Source of the DNA: a virus
DNA: 64,000 bases
Virus record (IMG/VR): IMGVR_UViG_3300021963_007714
Coordinates: 45,029-109,028 of that record
Direction: 5' to 3' (one strand)
How positions within the stretch are numbered: the stretch's first letter is position 1; each line of letters starts with the position of its first letter. Positions 1 through 11,900 of the stretch are shown here, piece by piece. Below the pieces are notes generated by a model. That model saw only the letters and a program-made list of their open reading frames with translations. It ran no database searches and was not told the DNA's origin. A program made the position numbers and the translations under genes.

Positions 1-3000
1 AACTCACTTAGATATAGTGACTAATTTGAATGAAAACAATGTGATTAGGTTAAGCAACGGAACTAACGAATGGCAAGCTATTCTTACTCCTACAAATGTG
101 TCAACGACTGCAATCACTTTTACTTACGTTAATTTTCCAGTGATTAGTGAACCTCAGGTATCGTTCCAAAGAACCAGTAGTATTGCTACAGCAACTTATA
201 CAATGTCAAGAAGTGGCATCTATGTGGAATCTTTGTCCAAACAGACTGTACAGGTTAAAGCAGTAGAGCGTCGTCCAGAATATGCTGTTACTCGTCAAGG
301 CATAAAATTAATTGGAGAAATAAGTTATCCAGTTAGAACTCTAAGCACTGTAACATCTACCGCCACAATAAGTTATCCTGGACCTGGCATTGAAATCATA
401 GCTAGAAACAATTTTGATGTCTATAACATTGTATCAGAATATACGTTTGATAGTAATATAATAAGGTCTACATCTGTATTAGACACAGTTCAATATAATA
501 CTGTTAATCTTTATACCTTCGACAGAGATATATGGATTAGATCGGTCATACGAGAAAACATTACATTATTTTATACATTAAACGGACCAAATCCTAGCAA
601 CATAATCAAACTATACAAGACTAATACAGGTTATGAAGCAACACCTACTGTACTAGCATTTACTAATTACGAAGATGGGAAAAAATCAGTTACCATAGCC
701 TATGAACCTAACTTCCCATCAATAAGCAATATGTTTATTCAGTTTGGGTTCAACAGTATTTCTAGCACACCAATTTACTTAGATAATAATAGAATACCGT
801 TGGTTACTGGTCCTAGATTCTTAACCAAGAACTATAGGATTCTAAGTTTTGTTCCTGAAGTTAAAGAAGTATATAACCAAAAACAAACACTGACTACTGT
901 AACAACTACTGCTACACAGGTTTTTCCAAATTATGGAATACATACAAGTCATATACCTGCTACCTACACCAGTGACTATGTAACTTACTATACATATGAT
1001 AATGATCTGTTCCCACTGACTACAATTAGTCAACCTGGTAATATTACTCTATTCTTTACACCAACTGATTATATTAACAATACCAATCAAATAAGATTAG
1101 GTAATAAAGAATATACCTATCCTAGTGTAATAAATTTAACCAGTGCTACTAATACCAGTGTTAGCTTTAACATTGTGGGATCATTCCCTATTATATCAGA
1201 CCCCACAATATTTTTTGCCGAAAACTCGTATATCGACACGGCTATCTATACAGTCTCATCTAGACCTATCACCTATGATATTATTAAGCCACAAGGTATA
1301 AAATTACAGGATCCATCCAGACCGATTATCACTAAATCAACACTAACAACATTTGTAACTCCTGTAACACAGAGATCCAGCATTCCAATAACAGGAATAA
1401 TTCAGTCTCGAAATAATTTTATTCCTAGTATATATGTACGTGACAATGAAATCTTAAGTTTTACAACTAGCACAGCTAATATCAGTGACTTTGTATCGGT
1501 GTATACTTTTGATAGAGATATAATAACGGTAAGCAGCTTCAATGCTATAACGCTACAATTTACCTATCCAGGATTTAGACAAATTACCGATAAAATCGCA
1601 GTGACTAATGTTAACAGCGGATACAGAACAATTCATACTGTATTAACCAGTAGTGAACGCACAGTGACATTTGCTTCAACCAGTAATTTCCCAAGTGTTT
1701 CTGAACTGTATATTGACTTTAATTGGATTAGTTCAACAGCTACAATTTCATACAATGACAGCATCAGCAGTATTGCTCTATATCAGCCTAGTCTAATGAG
1801 CGAAGGGCAAGTTAGACCAAATGTTATCAACGGAGCCAATGTAAGAGAAGCCTACTTTAAGAGCCTGTTACAACCATCAAGAGCTGGTCGCAGATCATTT
1901 GTTTATACTACAGAGATCACACCTATAACATATAATCCAAGAATCGAATCTCTACGTACTGTGAATCAACTTAGAGCCGATAATAGTTATGCCACTAGAC
2001 AATTAACAGGGCTGTCAACTTCTACAAATATTACCTATCCAAACGCCTCTGTTCCAGTAACTGCTAGAAGTGGTTTGTTTAATTATAATATTGTGAGAGA
2101 TTACATCTTTGACAATAATATTTTACCTAGAGAGTCTAGAACAATCAGTGCCATAACATTGTTCTTTGATAAGAACACTCAATTAGTTACTAACTTGGTA
2201 AAAATACAAAGTCCAAGTTTAGGTTATAGTTTTGAAATTACAGCTCTAAGCACAAGTCAAAATAGCATTACAATACCAGCTATTCCTTTGCCAGATATAT
2301 TAGATCTAGTTGTTTATTTTGGAGTTAGTGTGAGCACTAATACACCGATTTACCTAGATTATAATAGGGTACCTAATGTAGGTAATCCTAGAGCATTGAC
2401 CAATAAAAATCAAATACTGAGCCCTGTAGTTTCTAATATAGCGGATATCTCAAACCAGTTTAAAAATTTAAACACTGTCACTACAACAAGTACATTGGTA
2501 TTTCCTAACATAGGTATTCCTATCACTAACCAGGCAGCACAGTATACCAGTGATGTAGTCTCTTACTATATCTATGATAATGATCTATTACCTATTACGC
2601 AGTTAGCATCTACTTCAACAGTTACTCTGTTCTTTAACACCACCACCTACATTAATACTGACAATAAGATTAAGATTGTTAATCCAAACTGGGAATCATC
2701 GGTATACAACCTAACATCTGCCACAAGTTCGTATATAACTTTTGAAGCTGCGAATTTTGGTATTGTAAGTGAGGGAAGAATATTATTTGCCCAGACTTCT
2801 ACAATAGACACTGCTGTATACTCTGAGATTAAGATAGCTACTCCTGTGGCTAAACTTTGGACCGGCATTGTTGTTAAGGATCCTAGCACTCCTAGAATTA
2901 CTGTAAGACAAACCAGTCAAACTGTGTTTACACCAATAAGGATAAGTGGTGCTATTCCTGTTACCGGAATAAGATCTAGATCAAATAATTTCGTCAATAC

Positions 3001-6000
3001 CTATATCTATGATACTGAATTCTTAACGTTTACAACATCAAATAATATCACCATAACCTTCGATGCTGTCAGTGCTGCTCAAGTCGGAAACAGTGTAATT
3101 ATACATAATGGTCTAGGTTATGTCTCATCGTTCAGTCTCACATCTGCTACCACAAGATTAGCCACTTTTGTTAATCCAGGTAATTTCCCAGAAATCACCG
3201 GAATGTATTTTTATTACTATACCACACAATCTTCTGCTGTGACAATAGGCAATTACGATATAGTTAATAACATTACAACAACCACAAGTCAATTAAGTTA
3301 CTCAAATCAAAGTCCATTCTTTTATCATAGACTTGGTGTAAAGGGAATACCATTCCAGCGTAATCAACTGGCTACCCAAAATACTCCTGTGGCAAATTAT
3401 GTCAAGCAGGGGCTAAAGGTTGTTGCGGACAGTTCATATCCTGCTAGATCATTGATTTCAGTTACAACTTCTTCGGACATAGTTTACATTGGTAATCCAA
3501 TTTATATCACAGCTAGAAGCACAGAATATACTAATAATGTAGTGAGCCAATATATATTCGAAACAGATAGATTTATAGGTAATAGAATTGTTACTGCTAC
3601 TATTACACTCAGCTTCTACCCGACTGTTTATATAAATCCATTGAACAAGATTAGGCTGGTAAATCCTAATAACGGGTATAGCCAAGATATCAACATCAGT
3701 AGTTCTACAAATAGAACGATTACCTTTACTCCGCCTTTGGGTGATTTTCCTGCGATCAGTGATTTATACTTCTTATTTGGACAGACATCAATTTCTTCCA
3801 CACCGATATATACTGACAACAACAAGGTTACATTAATAGCAGCAATGGCCGCTGTAAGACCAAAATCTGTTAGAGCATTAATGACTTTACCTGAAGTTGT
3901 TGATATTGATAGAGTTTTTCAAACACTGACAACAGTTACTTCGACTAGTTCTTTGGTATTCCCAGGCAGTGGCACGCCGATATTAAATCAATATCCCACA
4001 AATACAACCACAGCAGTGACATGGTACTATAATGATGAGGATATCTTATATGTAACTCAAAATACCAGCAGCACTATACGTTTGGCTTTCGAGTCTTCGA
4101 CTTACATTAATCCTGTCAATAAGATTAAGATCGCACATGATGGATATGAATATCAAAGCATTATTTCTTTGACTAGCGCCACTGATACCTACATTGAATT
4201 CGCTGACCCAGGTAATTTCCCAGTAGTAATTAATTCTAGAATTTACTTTGCTCAAAGCACCACACAAGATATTGCTGTGTATGGACAGGGACGAAGTCCT
4301 GTGCGTATTGAAAAATATAGAGATATTAGTATTCTAAAAGAAATTAGATCGACTATAACTTTTAGAACTACAAGTACAGTTTATCAAACGCCTACAGGTG
4401 CAGTATATCCATTAGCCCTAACTGGTCAGACTGATCTAGTTAATGATAATGTGGTCAATTGGTACATCTATGATTACGATACTATAACATTTACTCCAAT
4501 CACTACAAGCACCATTACCTATAGCTTTGCTACAGGTACTAATTTAATACCGTTAATAAAAAATTCTACTATCTACATTTTTAACGAAAATACAAAAATT
4601 GGGCAAACTGCGGCAATCGTTGGATTTACTACCAGTACCTTAACTGTAACAAGACCTGGATTACTACCTGAAATAAGCGGTACTACTATATATCTAAACT
4701 TTACAAGTACTACAGCAGTCAGCACATATTCAGATGATGTACAGAAGATTGCAGGTATTGAAACAAGTGACAGCTATAAGACTATTTTTGAACCGAGAAA
4801 TCAAAAGGAAGCTCTATATTGGTCCCTGTTAGCACCTGGAAAGTATGGTCAAACTTTTCCAGCACAGGGTAAGTCATTAACCGAATTAATCGATAGAAAT
4901 AAAACTGCGGCATTTTTTAACAAGCTGGTATATAGACCTATAGAAGTTAAAATAACAGACATTAATAATAGTCTGTCTAGTCCAATTACTGTAACGTCAA
5001 CTGCCCTTACTTTCTTAAATCCGGGCTATGAAATTGTTGCGCAACTTCCAACGAGCCAATCGATGGACATAGTAAATTGGTACATAAACGAAAATACTTT
5101 ATTGCCTATAACAGCCATTACTACCACAAGTTATCAATTAAACTTCTATGGCAACGTTTATCAAAATCCTCTAAACAAAGTTAGGATTGTAAAAGGAAAT
5201 TATACAAGTGCTGTATTGACTGTGACCAATTCTATACCAAATCAAATTACAGTTAATGCACCTCTAGGACTTCCACCAGTTTCTGGAGGGTTCATCTACT
5301 TCGCAGACAACATCAGTATTGACACTGCTAGCTACACTGATGTAAAACGTGTGCCTGTCACCGGTAACTTACTTACCCAATCAAGTATCGTAACTAATTT
5401 AGCACCTATAACACCTCAGCAACATTTATTTTGGAGCCTATTAAGTCCTAGTAGTTATGGTAGAAGTGAAATCATAATTGGCAAGCAGACTGCTCCTATT
5501 GTTGGCGCTAGAGATATTAATCCTACTGTACAATCTGCTGTATATGGTACAAGCACGGTTATCTATATCACTAATCCAGTATCAGTTAATGGCAGATCAA
5601 ATGAATTTACCAATAATGTTGTGAACGATTATATCTATGATAATGATATCAGTATCTTCGTTCCGATAACTACCAGCACAGTGACATTATTCTACGATAA
5701 TGATCAGGCCATAACTAGTAATTACATTAGGTTGGTGAAAAATTTCACAGGATATACACAAGATTTTAATGCTATAACAGTCACTAATTCACAAACTACC
5801 TTCGTAACAACAAGTAGTTTGCCTGCTATAAGTGAAATGCAAATTTACTTTGGCTATCCAACAATTACCGATGTTATTACTTACAATGATACCGGAAGAG
5901 TGGAGAATATAGCCGCTATTTCTAGTATACCAAAACTTCAGCTCATTACATTGGGTATAAAAGGTTATAACGGTATTACACTAAATCCGTTAGATAAGGT

Positions 6001-8644
6001 GTTAAGAGAAAGTGATCCTTTCTATAAAATTAAAACTTTAACCTCTGTTTCATCTACTTCCACTATTGTATATCCTAATCAAGGTTATGAACCTATCGCT
6101 GTAACAGATTCTATCAGTGATAATTTTGTAACTGTATATACCTACGATCAAGAAGTATTGTTACAGACCTATACCACAAGTTCGTTTATTACCTATGACT
6201 TTTATGCCACAGGATACTATATAAATCCAAATAACACTGTAAGAATAGTCAATAGCAATAATGGATTTGACAGAATTTACAGTATTGTATCTGCTACTAA
6301 TTATTCTATCACAGTTTCTAATACCGGTGATCTTCCAGATGTTTCAGGAACAAGATTGTTCTTTGGCATTAATACAACTATTGATACAGATAATTATTCA
6401 TATAGTGTACAGAACTTCGATAATCTAATTGGTAATTTAACTCAAGCGTCACAAAGACTTGGAGAGGCTGTTTCTGGAATAAAATTATCTAGCTTTAGTT
6501 TACAAAATTATGATAACCCGGGATTCATATTAGATCCTTATTATGGAATTGTATCAGACTCAACCTATCAAAATAATTCTTTAGAATATATTACCTATGA
6601 TAAAGATGTTTTTGTTACAGGGATATTAAGTCGTGGAGTAACAACTACACTCTATATCAATAATCCATATAATAAGATCTATGATCCAAAATTATTGTTT
6701 TATCCAACAAACTATGCCAAGTTAACCTTAGGTACCTTTACTAGTGTGGTTTACCTGTTGGCAACTGATTATTATACAGTGACATTTAATACTGTAGCAG
6801 GTATGCCAGTAGAAGTTAATGGTATGACAATTGTAAATGTCAGCTATGCTTACTATCCACAAAGTGAAGCTAATAAGATTGTATTGACCAATGGTATTTT
6901 ATTCCAGCCTACTACTCCTAAGCAGGCACTAGCCAGCAGTTTGTACAATCCATTAAGGGGTATTGATTATAACATTGATCGGGTTCTTCATCAACCTACT
7001 ACAATACTGAAATACGATCCTAAACTCAGTACTTTCTATAGTAGTAGAATACCTGGAGATTTCAGTCATGTATTGCTAGATCAAACATCAAATACTAGGG
7101 AAATATATGACATTCCTACCTGGTATGAATATGATCGTGACCTACTAACATATTCTACAGGTTCTGTATCTACTAAGAAGCTAAGTTTCAATACTATTGT
7201 AGGTGTACCATTTCCTGCTGGTAGATCTATAAGAATTCGTAATGACAGCATTAATCTAAATTACATTACTACAGTTACAGAAGCTGCAGTTGGATATGTT
7301 ATTATAAATCAACCTACTGTGACCTTCCCAACAGCTGGTACTTTTGTAGAATTGGTTGAATCTGTGCTTTATCCACAGAGTATGGTTGTAACCACTGTGT
7401 CTCCCCAATCCGCCAAAGAAAATCTGTATTACTTTGACAGAAGTCCAGGTTTAAGGGCTACTAAAGGACCACCAGTTGCTAGTCTACAGACTTTATTAGA
7501 TAGCGGCTCTGGAATAAGAAAAGACAGTACCATCATAAAGGGTGACGTTTTACGTTTTGATGTAGGAAAAATCCTACAACCTATCAAAATCATCGCAGTA
7601 GATAATAGAGTTTCGGTGGCAAGTACTAAGATTAAATTGACTGCACGTAGTGTTCAAGATGATCGTAGAATAGTTGGCAAGCTAAGAAGTGCTATCACAG
7701 TAAGAGCTGATAGTTCAACCATTGTCTATGGTAAGTTGGCCGAAAGACGTATAGTACCTAACCTAGTGTCTGTGAGAGATAACCTGTCAGTGTCTAAACT
7801 TACCAACTATGAAAACATAGGTGAAGTTACTGGACCATATATCACTATAACTTCACATACAGATCTAGGAAGAACAGTTACAGGATATAGTCAAGAGTGG
7901 GCAGATAACTTTACCACAGTATATGCCTTTGACCAAGACATAATTACTCAAACCTATGTTAGAACTGACACTGTTCAAATATTTTATAATGCTGGTAATG
8001 ATATAACACCCCTATTCCCTACAGGGTCAGAGTTTTACCTACAAGACCTTAACACCGGATATCAACGACAATTTATAGCTTTAGAAGGCAATATTGGAAA
8101 CGTAGTGATTAATAATCCAGGGTTCTTACCTGGTATCAGCAACATGCAGATAGTTTCAACTGCCTCTAGTTATCCAATAACATTGACATTTGGTCAACAG
8201 GTACTACAGCCTTATTATGTGGGTAGTTATATCAGTGTAATTAATAGCATTGGCCAAAGTGTGAAAGTGGTTTTAACCGCAGCGACTAGAAGTAGTGTAA
8301 CCTATGTTAAAAATTATTCTTACAGAGACTTTAGGTTTGCGCCAGGCAGTGTTAGTCTAGCCAGCTTGAGCGTACCAGTATACCCAAGTGCTACAGTTAG
8401 ACCGACAAGCAAACCTACAAATATCAGAGAAAACTTATTCTTTGTAAGCCTGGCACCAAATTACGAGCACAGAGCAGAATTAGAATTTACCTACAGCAAT
8501 TTGGTTGATGATGTCAGCGTGCTGTCCTATGATAGTGCTACCGGAATCATTAATAAATATATGGTTGGTGATACTGCTAAGGGCCAAACTGGAGTTACAG
8601 ATCCTAGCGCCAGAAGAGTAGAACCCATACAGTTCTGGAGCTAA
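1..8644 (+). CDS. Giant Thr/Ser-rich repetitive virion structural protein (tail fibre/baseplate-like), 5'-truncated by the window
   Basis: The frame is open from base 2 through the GTG at 17, giving >=2875 aa. About 16 degenerate 150-190 aa repeats marked by Y-x-(Y/F)-D-x-D and (F/L)P-x-IS motifs. Beta-rich composition, lying among structural genes. Confidence 0.6.
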   Translation, partial: THLDIVTNLNENNVIRLSNGTNEWQAILTPTNVSTTAITFTYVNFPVISEPQVSFQRTSSIATATYTMSRSGIYVESLSKQTVQVKAVERRPEYAVTRQGIKLIGEISYPVRTLSTVTSTATISYPGPGIEIIARNNFDVYNIVSEYTFDSNIIRSTSVLDTVQYNTVNLYTFDRDIWIRSVIRENITLFYTLNGPNPSNIIKLYKTNTGYEATPTVLAFTNYEDGKKSVTIAYEPNFPSISNMFIQFGFNSISSTPIYLDNNRIPLVTGPRFLTKNYRILSFVPEVKEVYNQKQTLTTVTTTATQVFPNYGIHTSHIPATYTSDYVTYYTYDNDLFPLTTISQPGNITLFFTPTDYINNTNQIRLGNKEYTYPSVINLTSATNTSVSFNIVGSFPIISDPTIFFAENSYIDTAIYTVSSRPITYDIIKPQGIKLQDPSRPIITKSTLTTFVTPVTQRSSIPITGIIQSRNNFIPSIYVRDNEILSFTTSTANISDFVSVYTFDRDIITVSSFNAITLQFTYPGFRQITDKIAVTNVNSGYRTIHTVLTSSERTVTFASTSNFPSVSELYIDFNWISSTATISYNDSISSIALYQPSLMSEGQVRPNVINGANVREAYFKSLLQPSRAGRRSFVYTTEITPITYNPRIESLRTVNQLRADNSYATRQLTGLSTSTNITYPNASVPVTARSGLFNYNIVRDYIFDNNILPRESRTISAITLFFDKNTQLVTNLVKIQSPSLGYSFEITALSTSQNSITIPAIPLPDILDLVVYFGVSVSTNTPIYLDYNRVPNVGNPRALTNKNQILSPVVSNIADISNQFKNLNTVTTTSTLVFPNIGIPITNQAAQYTSDVVSYYIYDNDLLPITQLASTSTVTLFFNTTTYINTDNKIKIVNPNWESSVYNLTSATSSYITFEAANFGIVSEGRILFAQTSTIDTAVYSEIKIATPVAKLWTGIVVKDPSTPRITVRQTSQTVFTPIRISGAIPVTGIRSRSNNFVNTYIYDTEFLTFTTSNNITITFDAVSAAQVGNSVIIHNGLGYVSSFSLTSATTRLATFVNPGNFPEITGMYFYYYTTQSSAVTIGNYDIVNNITTTTSQLSYSNQSPFFYHRLGVKGIPFQRNQLATQNTPVANYVKQGLKVVADSSYPARSLISVTTSSDIVYIGNPIYITARSTEYTNNVVSQYIFETDRFIGNRIVTATITLSFYPTVYINPLNKIRLVNPNNGYSQDINISSSTNRTITFTPPLGDFPAISDLYFLFGQTSISSTPIYTDNNKVTLIAAMAAVRPKSVRALMTLPEVVDIDRVFQTLTTVTSTSSLVFPGSGTPILNQYPTNTTTAVTWYYNDEDILYVTQNTSSTIRLAFESSTYINPVNKIKIAHDGYEYQSIISLTSATDTYIEFADPGNFPVVINSRIYFAQSTTQDIAVYGQGRSPVRIEKYRDISILKEIRSTITFRTTSTVYQTPTGAVYPLALTGQTDLVNDNVVNWYIYDYDTITFTPITTSTITYSFATGTNLIPLIKNSTIYIFNENTKIGQTAAIVGFTTSTLTVTRPGLLPEISGTTIYLNFTSTTAVSTYSDDVQKIAGIETSDSYKTIFEPRNQKEALYWSLLAPGKYGQTFPAQGKSLTELIDRNKTAAFFNKLVYRPIEVKITDINNSLSSPITVTSTALTFLNPGYEIVAQLPTSQSMDIVNWYINENTLLPITAITTTSYQLNFYGNVYQNPLNKVRIVKGNYTSAVLTVTNSIPNQITVNAPLGLPPVSGGFIYFADNISIDTASYTDVKRVPVTGNLLTQSSIVTNLAPITPQQHLFWSLLSPSSYGRSEIIIGKQTAPIVGARDINPTVQSAVYGTSTVIYITNPVSVNGRSNEFTNNVVNDYIYDNDISIFVPITTSTVTLFYDNDQAITSNYIRLVKNFTGYTQDFNAITVTNSQTTFVTTSSLPAISEMQIYFGYPTITDVITYNDTGRVENIAAISSIPKLQLITLGIKGYNGITLNPLDKVLRESDPFYKIKTLTSVSSTSTIVYPNQGYEPIAVTDSISDNFVTVYTYDQEVLLQTYTTSSFITYDFYATGYYINPNNTVRIVNSNNGFDRIYSIVSATNYSITVSNTGDLPDVSGTRLFFGINTTIDTDNYSYSVQNFDNLIGNLTQASQRLGEAVSGIKLSSFSLQNYDNPGFILDPYYGIVSDSTYQNNSLEYITYDKDVFVTGILSRGVTTTLYINNPYNKIYDPKLLFYPTNYAKLTLGTFTSVVYLLATDYYTVTFNTVAGMPVEVNGMTIVNVSYAYYPQSEANKIVLTNGILFQPTTPKQALASSLYNPLRGIDYNIDRVLHQPTTILKYDPKLSTFYSSRIPGDFSHVLLDQTSNTREIYDIPTWYEYDRDLLTYSTGSVSTKKLSFNTIVGVPFPAGRSIRIRNDSINLNYITTVTEAAVGYVIINQPTVTFPTAGTFVELVESVLYPQSMVVTTVSPQSAKENLYYFDRSPGLRATKGPPVASLQTLLDSGSGIRKDSTIIKGDVLRFDVGKILQPIKIIAVDNRVSVASTKIKLTARSVQDDRRIVGKLRSAITVRADSSTIVYGKLAERRIVPNLVSVRDNLSVSKLTNYENIGEVTGPYITITSHTDLGRTVTGYSQEWADNFTTVYAFDQDIITQTYVRTDTVQIFYNAGNDITPLFPTGSEFYLQDLNTGYQRQFIALEGNIGNVVINNPGFLPGISNMQIVSTASSYPITLTFGQQVLQPYYVGSYISVINSIGQSVKVVLTAATRSSVTYVKNYSYRDFRFAPGSVSLASLSVPVYPSATVRPTSKPTNIRENLFFVSLAPNYEHRAELEFTYSNLVDDVSVLSYDSATGIINKYMVGDTAKGQTGVTDPSARRVEPIQFWS

Positions 8645-8681
8645 ATAGACAGAAATGCTAAATAAATGAAAGGATCTAAGC

Positions 8682-8930
8682 ATGTTTGAAGAATTAGACA
8701 AAATGTTTCCTGGACATGGACATTTTTATGAAGTAGCAGGATTTACCGTAAATGAGGCACTAGAAAGATGTGCTAGACTTACTGTAGACGGCGACGATTA
8801 TGTTACTCAGGTGAACGGAAAAATTATTTTTGTGAGTAAAACAAAATTAGATGTTAATGGAATTCCATGGCTTAATCCTGTAGCAGGGACTCCTGTAGAT
8901 GTTGACGCAAGCCCAGTCAACCCAGAATAA
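8682..8930 (+). CDS. Hypothetical protein (82 aa)
   Basis: ORF with AAGGA SD, between two structural genes and preceded by TAAATA. Confidence 0.6.
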   Translation: MFEELDKMFPGHGHFYEVAGFTVNEALERCARLTVDGDDYVTQVNGKIIFVSKTKLDVNGIPWLNPVAGTPVDVDASPVNPE

Positions 8931-8947
8931 TGAGGAATAATTAAAAA

Positions 8948-11900
8948 ATGGCCAAGCATATAATTCAAGAAAGTTATACATTTACACCAGGATCAAATAC
9001 AATTGTATTACAAAATAGATTCCTGCGTCGTGAACAACTGGTTTTGATTACTAATGTTACAACTAACACGGTAATCTATAACTTCGCAGATTCGGCACTA
9101 AGAGCAACAACATTTACAACTAGTATTGTTGCCAACGTCGAAACAACTACAATCGTTCTCAACTATAACACAAGCTCAATGAGCAGCACAGACAAGCTGG
9201 CCATTTTGGTAGAAGAAACCAATGAAACATTTATGCCAGCTGAAGTGTACATTGATCCTGTTCAGAAATTACGTGTTTCAACACCACAGAGTTTGATTGA
9301 TACTGACTTCGAATATGGAGTGCAGCCAACCAAGTGGGAAACATTGAATCTAATGAATAATAGACCAAGTGGTTTTTATGACCCTACAGCACCTGTTACT
9401 ATCACTTCTGTTTCAGGTAACGGTACAAGAGTAGTTACAGTGCTACTAGCAAACACTACTGGTATTATCGCGGGTAACCCAATTTATATTCAAGATACAA
9501 TTGATCCTAATGCTAATGGTTACTTTATCATTGCGTCAGTTAGTACTAACGTTAACTTTACATATAACGCAGGAGCAAACGTAACCAACGGTATTATTTT
9601 CGATCAAACTAAAACATATGTATTCAATGCGATTCCATATACTGGCGCAGGGGTGGCTGTAACAACCACAGGTGGTGGTTCCTTTGTCAGATCAGCATTG
9701 AACGAAGTTACTGTAACAACTAAAGATAATCATGGATTGTCTGTAGGTGATGCGATCTTTGTCTGTAACACAACAGCTTCTAGTAATCCACCAAATGGTG
9801 CTTGGTTTGTTCGTCGTACACCTACAACTAACACATTTATCTATGACACTATTGCAGATCCAACAGGTACTATTACAGCCCAAGCCTCTGGTAGTGGTTT
9901 GACTGTTAATACCACAGTAGATGCTTCAGGTCGTATTATTGCTGTGGCAGTGAACGCTGCTGGTACACTATATGCAGTGGGTGACATTGCTACAATTTCC
10001 GGTGGTGGCGGTAATGCTCGTGTTAAAGTTACAGCTATTATTCCATCAGCTACTGGTTCTTTAGTTGGTGCGGTGAACGGTGTACAGGTTAACCAACCTG
10101 GTACAGGTTATTCAGGTGCTTCAGGTGTAGCTACTACACTAAACTTCAGTGGTGGTACACTCTATGTTCGTCCATGGGGTAGTGCTATTCATAGACCATT
10201 TGACGGTGGTGTGTATTTTACTGCTGGTGTTCCTTATCACGGCAATCAGTTAATTCGTCAAACACGTCGTTATTTCCGTTATCAATCTGGTAAAGGCATT
10301 CAGTTCTCAACTGGATCTAATATGACTTCACCGTTTATTGTTGATAACGTAACATCGTCAGGTTCTACTGTTACTGTAACAACCAAGTTTCCACATAATT
10401 TATTTACAGGTGCTAACATTCGTGTTAGTGGCTGTAATGAATCAGCATATAACGGAACATTCAATGTTACATTTTTAACTGCTACAACATTTAGCTACAC
10501 TGCCTTATCAACACCAAGTGCTAGTCCTGCCACAGGTAGTCCGACTGTACAGCCTAATACATGGTTTGGATCATTCATTCGTCTAGGTATGTTTGATAAC
10601 CAGAATGGATTTTTCTTTGAATACGATGGTCAAGCACTATTTGCCTGCCGCCGTTCAAGTACAAATCAACTTTCTGGTTATGTAAGTGCTTTAGGTACAG
10701 GTGAACAGTCAGTAACTGGTGTTAACAGTAAATGGTCAAGTCAGTTGAGTCCTGGTGATTTTATTGTAGTACGTGGTATGAGCTATACTGTAGTCAGTAT
10801 TGAAAGTGATACAGCGATGACAATTTACCCAGATTACCGTGGTACTGCTATTGTTCCTCCGACGCAGTTAATTATCAGTAGAACTGATACTCTACGTATG
10901 CAACAAAACACATGGAATATTGATAAGATGGATGGAACTGGAGAATCTGGTTTCAATATTGATATCAATAAGATGCAGATGTGGTATATTGACTATACAT
11001 GGTACGGTGCTGGTGCTATTCGTTGGGGATTTAGAACACAACGCGGTACAGTAGCATACGCACATAGGCTAGCACACGGTAATAACATGACAGAGGCTTA
11101 CATGCGTACTGGTAACTTACCAGCTCGTTATGAAGTTTCAACAATTGCGCCCGTAACAAAATTAGCAGCCACGTTAAGTAACTCAGAAACAGGCACAATC
11201 ACAGTAGCAAGCACAACAGGTTTCCCAAATAGTGGAACATTGATCATCAACGCCAGTGGTAATACAGGCGCTGCTATCGAATATATTAGTTATACTGGAA
11301 AAACAGCTACAACATTTACTACATTGACCAGAGCATTAACAAACCTTACAGGTCCTCAAGGCCTAGCAAGTGGAGGTGGTGCTACTACAGCACAGACATT
11401 TACATTTAGTGCTACAGCACCTCACTCAGTGAGTTATTTTAGTCCACAATGTAGTAATACAATCAGTCACTGGGGTAGTTCTGTGATGATGGATGGTAGG
11501 TTTGATGATGATAAATCTATCGTGTTTATCGCAGGTATGACCACAGCCTACTCAAACATTGGCGCAAGTGTACTCGTTCCATTATTGAGCATACGTATTA
11601 GCCCAAGTGTAGACAGTGGTTTAACTGGTGTTATTGGTGCTAGAGAACTTGTCAATAGGATGCAATTGGTTTTACGTTCAGCTGGTATCCAAACTTCTGG
11701 TACAAACTTTCTAATTACAGGACGTTTAAATGCTAGGATTACTGGTGGTACTGCTACTAGTTTTACTAGCGCTGGTGGTTCAAGCCTAGCTCAAGTGAAT
11801 TACCACGCAAGTAACAATTCCGTGTCAGGTGGTGAGATTTGCTTTGGTGCTTTCACAGCACCTGGTGTTAACGTACTAGACCTGTCTGTTGTACGTGACC

